A stretch of 64,000 nt of DNA, taken from contig JAWRKD010000130.1 of the NCBI GenBank assembly GCA_040307135.1, positions 4,231 through 68,230 of the forward strand, in the 5' to 3' direction. The notes beneath the pieces are model-generated. The model had not been told where the DNA came from. It saw only the letters and a program-made list of their open reading frames with translations, and did no database searches. This stretch comes from Desulfovibrionaceae bacterium. GTDB taxonomy: Bacteria; Desulfobacterota; Desulfovibrionia; Desulfovibrionales; Desulfovibrionaceae. The position numbers were made by a program, and so were the translations under genes. This document shows, one piece after another, positions 9,464-17,065 of this stretch; position 1 is the stretch's first letter; every line of letters begins with the position of its first letter.

Positions 9464-10048
9464 TCAGGCCGCCTGCGCGGGCTGCGTGTTCAGGAAGTTG
9501 GCCAGGAGCGCCGGCCCCTGGGGCGTGAGAATGGATTCGGGATGAAACTGCACCCCGGCCCAGGGCCGGTCCAGGTAGGCGAGCCCCATGACCTCGCCCT
9601 CGGCCGTGCGGGCCGTGGTCCGCAGCGCCTGCGGGGCCTCGTGGGCCAGCACCAGGAGCGAATGGTAGCGGCAGACCTCGAAGGGATTGGGCAGCCCCGC
9701 GAAGAGGCCCGCGCCCTCGTGCTCCACCAGGGAGGTCTTGCCGTGCATGATGCGCTCGGCGCGCACCACCGAGGCCCCGGCGTGATGGCCCAGGATCTGG
9801 TGGCCCAGGCACACGCCCAGCACAGGCACGCTTTTGGGCAGCCGCTTCAGGAATTCCAGGCAGAGCCCGGCGTTCTCCGGACGGCTGGGGCCGGGCGAGA
9901 TGCAGACCCGCGACAGCCTGCCGCCGGCGGCCAGCTCCAGGACCTCGGGCCGGTCGTTGCGATAGACCACGGGGTCGGCCCCCAGCTGCTGGAATGCCTG
10001 CACCAGGTTGAAGGTGAAGGAGTCGAAATTATCGATGAGCAAAAACAT
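9464..10048 (-). CDS. trpG: Anthranilate synthase component II (glutamine amidotransferase)
   Basis: 194 aa. MFLLIDNFDSFTFNLVQ...ISPGPSRPE...PVLGVCLGHQ...VQFHPES is a class-I GATase triad context. It overlaps the trpE 3' end by 20 nt. Confidence 0.9.
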   Translation of the reverse strand: MFLLIDNFDSFTFNLVQAFQQLGADPVVYRNDRPEVLELAAGGRLSRVCISPGPSRPENAGLCLEFLKRLPKSVPVLGVCLGHQILGHHAGASVVRAERIMHGKTSLVEHEGAGLFAGLPNPFEVCRYHSLLVLAHEAPQALRTTARTAEGEVMGLAYLDRPWAGVQFHPESILTPQGPALLANFLNTQPAQAA

Positions 10049-11441
10049 CGCCGTCCTCCTTGCCCCGGATCACCTCGCGCAGCACCCGGGCCTTGTTGTT
10101 GGCCTCCTGCCATTCCTTTTCCGGCACCGAATCATAGACCAGCCCGGCCCCGGCCTGCCAGGAGACCCTGCCGTCTCGGATCCACATGCTGCGGATGGTG
10201 ATGCCCGTGTCCAGGCTCACCGCCCCCTTGTCCAGGCCGAGCCAGCCGATGCACCCGGCGTAGGGTCCCCGGTTGCGGCGCTCCATCTCCGCGATGGTCC
10301 GCATGGCCCAGATCTTGGGCGCGCCGGACACGGTGCCCGCCGGGAAGGTGGAGGCCAGCACGTCCAGGGCGTCCAGGCCGTCCCGCAGCTGGGCCTCCAC
10401 GTAGGAGGTCAGGTGCATGACGTGGGAGAACCGCTCCACCTGCATGAACTTTTCCACCCGCACCGTGCCCGGGGCCGCGATGCGGCCCAGGTCGTTGCGT
10501 CCCAGGTCCACGAGCATGACGTGCTCGGCCCGCTCCTTGGGATCGGCCAGCATGTCCTCGGCCAGGGCCTGGTCCTGCTCCGGCGACTTGCCCCGGGGCC
10601 GGGTCCCGGCGATGGGCCGCACCTCCAGCCTGCCCCGCTCGCAGCGCACCATCATCTCCGGCGAGGAGCCCACCAGGATCACCTCGGGGAAGCGCATGAA
10701 GAACATGAACGGCGAGGGATTGGCCTGGCGCAGGCGGCGGTAGATGGAGAAGCCGTCCTCGCAGGCAGGCACCGAGAAGCGCGTGGAGAGCACCAGCTGG
10801 ATGCCCTCGCCCGCGGTGATGAGCTCCTTGGCCTTGCGCACGCCCTCACAATACTCTTCGCGGCCGGGCGAAACCTCGGGCTCGTCCGGGCAGCCGCCGC
10901 TGCCCGGCTCCAGGGACACGGCCATGGGTTCGGGCCGGGCGTCCCGGTCCAGGGCCAGGAAGCAGCAGCGGTGGCGCAGGTGGTCGAAGAGCACCACGCG
11001 GCCCGCCAGCACCAGGCAGGACTCGGCCTCGGCCGGAGGCACGGCCTGGGCCAGGGCCGGTTCGAACATGCCCGCCGTGTTGTAGCCGAAGTAGCCGTAA
11101 AGCCCGCGGGTGAGCGCGGGCAGCTCGCCCACGCCTTCGTCCGGCGTCAGGACCAGGCGCTGCATGACCCGGCGCACGCCCTCCAGGAAAGGCAGGCCCT
11201 CCAGGTCCCTGAGCCCCGCCAGGCGCTCGTCCGCCATGTCCAGGGCCAGCCTCCCGTCCCGGGGCGTCAACCGCAGGCGGAAGTCCCAGGCCATGAGGCT
11301 GAAGCGGCCCAGGCGGCCGTCCACCTCGGCGCTCTCCAGGAGAATGCCGGGCTTCTCTCCCACCAGGCTCAGGTAGAGGCTGATGGGCGTCTGCACGTCG
11401 GCCGGAAGCCACTGTCCGTATTGTTGCAAGCGAATGTCCAT
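10029..11441 (-). CDS. trpE: Anthranilate synthase component I
   Basis: 470 aa. LLESAEVDGRLGRFS...; C-terminal chorismate-binding domain SPEMMVR...IAGTRPRG...HVMLVDLGRNDLG...FPAGTVSGAPK...YAGCIGW. RBS GGGAGGAAACA. Confidence 0.95.
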   Translation of the reverse strand: MDIRLQQYGQWLPADVQTPISLYLSLVGEKPGILLESAEVDGRLGRFSLMAWDFRLRLTPRDGRLALDMADERLAGLRDLEGLPFLEGVRRVMQRLVLTPDEGVGELPALTRGLYGYFGYNTAGMFEPALAQAVPPAEAESCLVLAGRVVLFDHLRHRCCFLALDRDARPEPMAVSLEPGSGGCPDEPEVSPGREEYCEGVRKAKELITAGEGIQLVLSTRFSVPACEDGFSIYRRLRQANPSPFMFFMRFPEVILVGSSPEMMVRCERGRLEVRPIAGTRPRGKSPEQDQALAEDMLADPKERAEHVMLVDLGRNDLGRIAAPGTVRVEKFMQVERFSHVMHLTSYVEAQLRDGLDALDVLASTFPAGTVSGAPKIWAMRTIAEMERRNRGPYAGCIGWLGLDKGAVSLDTGITIRSMWIRDGRVSWQAGAGLVYDSVPEKEWQEANNKARVLREVIRGKEDGDVFAHR

Positions 11442-11454
11442 GTTTCCTCCCGTG

Positions 11455-11492
11455 TGAAAAACGAAGGCCGCGCCCCTGTGCGGGGCGCGGCC
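11455..11492 (-). terminator. Intrinsic terminator/attenuator immediately upstream of trpE
   Basis: Minus-strand RNA reads GGCCGCGCCCC-GCACA-GGGGCGCGGCC followed by UUCGUUUUUCA. The tail ends about 3 nt before the trpE RBS. The structure lies 31 nt after the tyrA stop. Confidence 0.6.
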
Positions 11493-11523
11493 TGTATTCC
11501 TCTGCCGTCTGAGCTCTCGCTCA

Positions 11524-12297
11524 CTACCGCCCCGCCCCGTTTCCGTCTCGCCACCACCAGCCGGCCTGGTCGGCCAGCAGGTCCAGGTCGCCCCCGGCGG
11601 CCAGAGCCAGGAGGCTGCGGAAGCGGCGCACCGCCTCCTGGCTGAAGGGGTTGGAATCCGCGATGACGCCGAACATCTCGCGGTCCTGGGTGAGCATCTT
11701 GCGGGCCGAGTCCAGCCGCCGCTGGAGCGAGGGAGTCAGGAAGCGGCCCTGGGGGTCCACCTCGCGCAAGCTCGCCAGGTAGGCCACCGTGGTGGTGAAG
11801 TTGAGGCCCTGGACCACGGCCAGGGCGCGATCGTGCTCCTCGGCCGTGCAGAAGAACGGGCTGTAGCCCAGCTTCTGCAGGAAAGCGGACACGGCCCGGG
11901 CAGCGGCCTCGTCCCGGCCCGGGCAGACCGCCACCCGGGGCTCGAAGCCCTCGGGGATCACCGGCCCGAACAGGGGATGCGCGCCCACCACGGCCCCGGA
12001 AAAGGCCTCGAGCATCTGCTTGAGCGGCAGCACCTTCACGGAGCAGAGGTCGGCCAGGATGCAGCCGGGGTCCAGCTCCGGGGCCACGGCGTCCAGGACC
12101 GCGCCCATCTTGTTGATGGGCACGGATAAGAGCACCAGGTCCACGCCGCGCACGGCCGCGTCCACGCGCTCCGGCGTGAGCGGACGGCTCAGGGGGCGGA
12201 CCTCCAGACCGGCGCGGCGGGCGGCCTCCACGAACAGGGCCCCCATCTGCCCCCCGGCCCCCGCCACGGCCAGGCTCCGCACGAGCCGCTCAGCCAC
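11524..12297 (-). CDS. tyrA: Prephenate dehydrogenase
   Basis: 257 aa. N-terminal Rossmann motif LAVAGAGGQMG...DLVLLSVPI...ILADLCSVK...VGAHPLFGP. The C-terminal tail ends ...ADQAGWWWRDGNGAGR. Confidence 0.85.
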   Translation of the reverse strand: MAERLVRSLAVAGAGGQMGALFVEAARRAGLEVRPLSRPLTPERVDAAVRGVDLVLLSVPINKMGAVLDAVAPELDPGCILADLCSVKVLPLKQMLEAFSGAVVGAHPLFGPVIPEGFEPRVAVCPGRDEAAARAVSAFLQKLGYSPFFCTAEEHDRALAVVQGLNFTTTVAYLASLREVDPQGRFLTPSLQRRLDSARKMLTQDREMFGVIADSNPFSQEAVRRFRSLLALAAGGDLDLLADQAGWWWRDGNGAGR

Positions 12298-13636
12298 GTC
12301 CGGCCTCCCGGGCGGCCGCGGCCACCGTGTCCCACTGCGTAAAGAAGCCGGGGAAGGACTTGGCCACGCAGCCGGGGTTGTCCAGGGCCACGTCCACCCC
12401 GGCCAGGGAGTACAGGGACAGGCTCATGGCCATGCGGTGGTCGTTGTGGGACGAAAGCGGGACCGCGCGGTCCTTGACCGGGGTCCCGGGAATGACGCGG
12501 ATGCCGTCGGACAGAAGCTCGGCGCCGCAGCCCGCGCGCGCGATCTCCGAGGCCAGGGCCCCCAGGCGGTCGGATTCCTTGATGCGCAGGTGCGCCACGT
12601 TGCGGATGACGGTCTCGCCCCGGCCCAGGGACGCGGCCACGGCCACGGTGGGCACCAGGTCCGGGCAGTGGCCCATGTCCAGGTCCGCGCCCCGGAGCCC
12701 GTCCGGAGCTGGCTCCACCAGGACGCTGCCGCCCTGCCAGGACACGGCGGCGCCCATGCGCTGCAGGATGTCGAGGATGGCCCGGTCGCCCTGGAGCGAA
12801 TCCGGCCGCAGACCGGCCACGCTCACGGGGTTGGGACCCAGGGCCCCGGCGGCCAGGAAATAGGAGGCGTTGCTCCAGTCGCCCTCCACCTTGTAGTCCC
12901 GGGCCTGATAGACCCCGGGCTCCATGACGAAGCGGATGGCCCCGGGCCGGGCCTCGAAGGCGCGGCCGCGGGAAACCGCCGTCCAGCGGTCCGCGTCCAG
13001 GAGCTTCACGCGGGCGGCCACGCCGAAGTCCTCCAGCACCTGCAAGGTCAGGGCCACGTAAGGCCAGGACACCACCTTGGAGCCGCCCACGCCGATGGTC
13101 AGCGGACCGCGGGCCAGGGGCGCGGCCAGGAGCAGGCCCGAAAGGTACTGGCTGCTCTCCTCCATGGAGATGGTCAGGGAACCGCCGGACAGGCCCCGGG
13201 TGGCGAGGACCACGGGCGGGTATCCGGGCGCGGCCTCGTAGCCCGCCACGACGCCCTGGGACTCCAGGGCGCGGAAGATCTCGCCGATGGGCCGTTCGTG
13301 CATCCGGCCCTCGCCGTGGATGCGGAAAGCGCCGCTCCCCGCGGCCAGGACCCCGGCCAGCAGGCGGCAGGTGGTGCCGGACTCGCCCACGTTCATGTCC
13401 GCGGGCCGCTCCGGGCTGCCGCCCTGGGGCCCCTGGCGCATGCCCGTGACCGTGGCGGCCTCGAAGCCGCCGTCAAAGACCGCGCCGCAGGTCTCCAGGC
13501 AGGCCCGGGTGCGCCGGAGATCCTGGCTGTCCAGGAGCCCGCTCACGCGGGACCGGCCCGGGGCCAGGGACGCAGCGATGAGCGCCCGGTGGGACATGGA
13601 CTTGGAGGCCGGGGCCTGGACGGAAACCGTGTGCAC
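12290..13636 (-). CDS. aroA: 3-phosphoshikimate 1-carboxyvinyltransferase (EPSP synthase)
   Basis: Proposed GTG start at 13636 (RBS AGGGGAGG), 8 nt after the pheA stop, gives about 448 aa. PASKSMSHRALIAASLA...LDSQDLRRT...GESGTTCRLLAG...IKESDRL...SHNDHRMAMS are EPSPS motifs. The ORF-track start at 13741 would overlap pheA by 95 nt. Confidence 0.85.
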   Translation of the reverse strand: MHTVSVQAPASKSMSHRALIAASLAPGRSRVSGLLDSQDLRRTRACLETCGAVFDGGFEAATVTGMRQGPQGGSPERPADMNVGESGTTCRLLAGVLAAGSGAFRIHGEGRMHERPIGEIFRALESQGVVAGYEAAPGYPPVVLATRGLSGGSLTISMEESSQYLSGLLLAAPLARGPLTIGVGGSKVVSWPYVALTLQVLEDFGVAARVKLLDADRWTAVSRGRAFEARPGAIRFVMEPGVYQARDYKVEGDWSNASYFLAAGALGPNPVSVAGLRPDSLQGDRAILDILQRMGAAVSWQGGSVLVEPAPDGLRGADLDMGHCPDLVPTVAVAASLGRGETVIRNVAHLRIKESDRLGALASEIARAGCGAELLSDGIRVIPGTPVKDRAVPLSSHNDHRMAMSLSLYSLAGVDVALDNPGCVAKSFPGFFTQWDTVAAAAREAGRG

Positions 13637-13646
13637 CGCGCCTCCC

Positions 13647-14756
13647 CTAGCCCATGGTCTCGATGTGCGGCCCGGCCGGGTAGGAGCCCAGGACCTTGAG
13701 GGTGTGGCAGCGCTGGCGCAGCTCGGCCAGGAAGCTCTCATACTCGGCCTTGCTCAGGTCGCACTCGAGGTCGGTGAAGAACACGTACTTCCACTTCTCG
13801 CCGCGCAGGGGCCTGGACTCCAGCTTGGTGATGTTGATGGCCCGGCCCGCGAAGGAGTCGAGCACCTCGGCCAGGGCGCCGGGCTTGTCCGGCACGGTGA
13901 AGAGGATGGAGGTCTTGTCCCGCGAGGGCTCGGTGTTGGGCCGTGGCCCGATGACCAGGAAGCGCGTCCAGTTGTCCGGGGCGTCCTCGATGTGCTCGGC
14001 CAGGACGTTCAGGCCGTAGCGGTCGGCCAGGCGCACGTGGCCCACGGTGGCCACCTCGGGTCCGCGGCGGAAGGCGATCTCGGCCGCGGCCGCGGTGCTG
14101 GCCTCGGGCACCAGAGTCCGGCCGGGCATGTTGTTCCGCAGCCAATGGGCGCACTGGTCCAGGGGCTGGGGATGGGAGTGGATCTCGCGCACCTCGGCCG
14201 TGTTCGCGGCCTTGCCCATGAGGCAGTGGGTGATGCGGCTGAACAGCTCGGCCTGGATGAACACCGGGAAGAGCATGAAGAGGTCCACCACCTGGCCCAC
14301 GGTGCCCTGGAGCGAGTTCTCCAACGGGATGACGCCCAGCTCGGCCTCGCCGTCGGACACGGCCCGGAAGATGTCCTCGAAGTTGGCCCGCGGCGACAGC
14401 TCGGCCGAGCGGCCCATGTACTCCAGGCCCGCGAAATAGGAGAAGGTGCCCTCGGGCCCCAGATAGACCACGCGTTCGGGGCGCTGGAGGCGGCGCGAGG
14501 AGGACATGATCTCGCGGTAGATGGCCCGCAGGTGGCTCTCGGGCAGGGGCCCGGCGTTGCGGGCGTTGAGCCGGTCCAGGACCTCCTTCTCGCGGAAGGG
14601 CTTGAAGACCGTCTCGATGGAGTCGGCTTTGGCGCGGCCCACGGCCACGCTGATGGCGGCCCGCTGGTTGAGCAGGTCCAGGATCTGGTCGTCCAGCCCG
14701 TCGATGGTTTTGCGCAGCTGGAGCAGGTCCAGTTCGAGGCTGTGGTTGCCGTCCAT
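13647..14756 (-). CDS. pheA: Bifunctional chorismate mutase / prephenate dehydratase (P-protein)
   Basis: 369 aa. N-terminal chorismate mutase helix LRKTIDGLDDQILDLLNQRAAISVAVGRAK; prephenate dehydratase domain YLGPEGTFSY...IPLENSLQGTV; ACT domain TSILFTVPDKPGALAEVL...INITKLESRP. Confidence 0.9.
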   Translation of the reverse strand: MDGNHSLELDLLQLRKTIDGLDDQILDLLNQRAAISVAVGRAKADSIETVFKPFREKEVLDRLNARNAGPLPESHLRAIYREIMSSSRRLQRPERVVYLGPEGTFSYFAGLEYMGRSAELSPRANFEDIFRAVSDGEAELGVIPLENSLQGTVGQVVDLFMLFPVFIQAELFSRITHCLMGKAANTAEVREIHSHPQPLDQCAHWLRNNMPGRTLVPEASTAAAAEIAFRRGPEVATVGHVRLADRYGLNVLAEHIEDAPDNWTRFLVIGPRPNTEPSRDKTSILFTVPDKPGALAEVLDSFAGRAINITKLESRPLRGEKWKYVFFTDLECDLSKAEYESFLAELRQRCHTLKVLGSYPAGPHIETMG

Positions 14757-14758
14757 GC

Positions 14759-15730
14759 TCAGCCTTCCTTGATGTCTTCGCGGATGCGCATGCCGAAATG
14801 GCGGCCGGGTTCGTCCACGCGCACGAGCACCTCGTCCCCGGGTTTGAGCGCGACCACGCTCACGGGTTCGCCGCCGGGCCGGGTCAGCCGGATGGTCTCG
14901 GCGTTCTGCAGGAAGACCTGCCCGCTCTTGCCCCCCGCCTCGGCCGTGACCAGGAGCATGGGCCGCACCTCCACCTTGACCCGGCCCACGGTGGCCAGGC
15001 TGGAGGACCCGGCGGCGTCCACCACGAGCACGTCGCGGCCCGCGGCCAGCTCCTCCAGGTAGCTCGTCTTGTCGCCGGGCATGACGCAGTATGCGTGCAC
15101 GGCCCCGGCATTGACCCGGAAGGGACGCGCCGCCACGTAGGGATTGGACTCGGTCTCGGCGTGCACCAGGAAGGTGAAGGCGCTGGAATTGCCCACCAGC
15201 ATGCCCTGGCCCTTTTTGAGCATGGAGATGGTGTCCACGCAGACCCGGTGGCCCAGCCCGGCGTGGCGGATCTCCGTGACCCGGGCCGGAACCAGGGGCT
15301 GCACGCCCTGGGCCAGCTTGACCTCGGCCACGATGGCCTTGAGCTCCCCGGCCGCCTCGGGCAGGACCACGATGGTCTCGGCCCCGCGCTCCAGGACGCC
15401 CGCGGCCAGCCTGGCCCGGTCCAGGGACTCCACTTCCAGGCCCACGTCCGGGGCCTGGGCCAGGATGTTCTCCACCGGGATGATCTCCCAGCCCTTGGCC
15501 AGGACCACGCGCTCCCCGGCCTTGAGGCGGCGCACGGCCTCCTCCTCGTCGGACTTGGCGGCCAGCGCCACCACCGGCAGGTCCTCGGGGGTCAGGACCT
15601 GGACCCGGCCCAGGGCGCGCACAGCCTCGACCTTGTCCGCGCTGGTGAGCACGGCGTCCACGCCGGACTCCAGGGCCAGGGTCACGAGCTTTTTGTCAAA
15701 CGGCAGGGCCTTGAACACGATGGTCTTCAT
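14759..15730 (-). CDS. 3-dehydroquinate synthase type II (archaeal-type, AroB')
   Basis: 323 aa. The family was recognised from the overall sequence (e.g. VCVDTISMLKKGQGMLVGNSSAFTFLVHAETESNPYVAARPFRVNAGAVHAY). It sits next to an ADH-synthase-like aldolase at the head of the aro operon. Confidence 0.8.
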   Translation of the reverse strand: MKTIVFKALPFDKKLVTLALESGVDAVLTSADKVEAVRALGRVQVLTPEDLPVVALAAKSDEEEAVRRLKAGERVVLAKGWEIIPVENILAQAPDVGLEVESLDRARLAAGVLERGAETIVVLPEAAGELKAIVAEVKLAQGVQPLVPARVTEIRHAGLGHRVCVDTISMLKKGQGMLVGNSSAFTFLVHAETESNPYVAARPFRVNAGAVHAYCVMPGDKTSYLEELAAGRDVLVVDAAGSSSLATVGRVKVEVRPMLLVTAEAGGKSGQVFLQNAETIRLTRPGGEPVSVVALKPGDEVLVRVDEPGRHFGMRIREDIKEG

Positions 15731-15731
15731 G

Positions 15732-16532
15732 CTAGTCCTCGCCCGCGATGGCCAGGGCCTCTTCCACGGAAGCGCCCTTGTGCACCACGGCGTTGAGCGC
15801 CCGGGTCAGGGCCGCGGGGTCCTTGTGCTGGAAGATGTTGCGGCCCACGGACAGGCCCGCGCCGCCCGCGGCCAGGGAGTCCCGGACCATTTCCAGGAAG
15901 GCCTTGGTGCTGTTCAGCTTGGGGCCGCCCGCGATGACCACGGGGATGCAGCAGGCCGCCACCACCTGGGAAAAGCTCTCGGGGTCGCCGGTGTAGGGCA
16001 CCTTGACCACGTCCGCGCCGAGCTCCATGCCCACGCGGGCGCAGTGAGCCACCACGTCCGGGTCGAATTCGTCGGTGATCTTGGGGCCGCGGGCATAGAC
16101 CATGGCCAGAAGCGGCATACCCCACTCCGTGGCCCGGGAGGCGATGGTCCCCAGGTCGCGGAGCATGGCGGGCTCGGTCTCGTCGCCCAGGTTCACGTGC
16201 ACGGACACGCCGTCCGCGCCCAGGCGCAGGGCGTCCTCCACGCTGGCGCAGAGGGCCTTGGCGTTGGGAAAGGGCGAGAGCGTGGTGCTGGCCGAGATGT
16301 GCACGATGAGACCCACGTCGCGGCCGTGCGTGCGGTGGCCGCAGCGCACCAGCCCCTTGTGCATGAGCACGGCGTTGGCCCCGCCTGTGGCCACGGCGCC
16401 CACGGCCGCGCGCATGTCCACCAAGCCAGCGATGGGACCCACGGTGACGCCGTGGTCCATGGGCACCACCACGGTGCGGTGCGTGTCGCGGTCAAAAATC
16501 CGTTCCAGTCTGATGCTTTTCCCCAGATGCAT
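15732..16532 (-). CDS. 2-amino-3,7-dideoxy-D-threo-hept-6-ulosonate (ADH) synthase-like class I aldolase (AroA', DhnA family)
   Basis: 266 aa. [13 protein letters not shown]...ANAVLMHKG...[12 protein letters not shown]...[10 protein letters not shown]...[10 protein letters not shown] is a DhnA-type class I aldolase pattern. RBS GGAGGAGG. It is the first gene of the aro-trp supraoperon. Confidence 0.8.
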   Translation of the reverse strand: MHLGKSIRLERIFDRDTHRTVVVPMDHGVTVGPIAGLVDMRAAVGAVATGGANAVLMHKGLVRCGHRTHGRDVGLIVHISASTTLSPFPNAKALCASVEDALRLGADGVSVHVNLGDETEPAMLRDLGTIASRATEWGMPLLAMVYARGPKITDEFDPDVVAHCARVGMELGADVVKVPYTGDPESFSQVVAACCIPVVIAGGPKLNSTKAFLEMVRDSLAAGGAGLSVGRNIFQHKDPAALTRALNAVVHKGASVEEALAIAGED

Positions 16533-16580
16533 GGCCGTCCTCCTCCAGTTTGGCGCCCTTCGCTGGTCCCGGCTCCGGCG

Positions 16581-16623
16581 GCTGAAACAAGAAGGGCCGC
16601 CGGCTTTGCGCCTGCGGCCCTTC
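16581..16623 (-). terminator. Leader terminator (attenuator) of the aromatic supraoperon
   Basis: Minus-strand RNA reads GAAGGGCCGC-(AGGCGCAAAGCCG)-GCGGCCCUUC followed by UUGUUUCAG. The loop can extend the stem through GGC/GCC. It lies about 48 nt upstream of the first gene's ATG and 32 nt after the leader ORF stop. Confidence 0.6.
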
Positions 16624-16655
16624 GAAGAGGCTTGGTTTTCTGCAGCTACCCTTGG

Positions 16656-16748
16656 CTACAGTGCACCTCTCCCGAAACCGCAAGCGCGGGTGCGCCAATA
16701 ATACCAATAGCCATAAAAAAAGGAGTTGCGGGGTTCGGAGAGGTTCAT
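16656..16748 (-). CDS. Aromatic amino acid leader peptide (30 codons), not in the ORF track
   Basis: ATG at 16748-16746, TAG at 16658-16656. Translation is MNLSEPRNSFFYGYWYYWRTRACGFGRGAL. Codons 10-18 (FFYGYWYYW) are 8/9 Phe/Tyr/Trp. A terminator hairpin follows. Confidence 0.6.
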   Translation of the reverse strand: MNLSEPRNSFFYGYWYYWRTRACGFGRGAL

Positions 16749-17005
16749 GGGCAATGCCCTATCCCAGTTGGCCGGAGGCTGTCAACAGTTTTCTCTTCCA
16801 ACCAGTGGGATTGCGGCGCCTTTTCCCCGGCCGTTTCATTTCCCTAGATAAGGGCGCAGCCCTTGCGCCATTTTTATACGGTTTTTTCTTTTTTGTGAAT
16901 TCTTTCTCACCAGTCATGACACGATTGTTATACAATAAACATTTTTGAAGAGTATTTCCCCCGGCCATCGCAAATACAATCAATAATTTCTTGATGTTGT
17001 AAAAG

Positions 17006-17021
17006 TGGCCCGGGGTTTGCT
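17006..17021 (+). promoter_or_regulatory. Sigma-54 (-24/-12) promoter of amtB-glnK
   Basis: TGGCCCGGGGTTTGCT matches TGGCAC-N5-TTGCW with correct GG-N10-GC spacing. It lies 45 nt upstream of the amtB ATG. An AT-rich upstream region carries inverted repeats. Confidence 0.6.
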
Positions 17022-17065
17022 TTGCGCCTCGCATCCCATCCCGCACACTTTTAAGGAGGAAGCGT

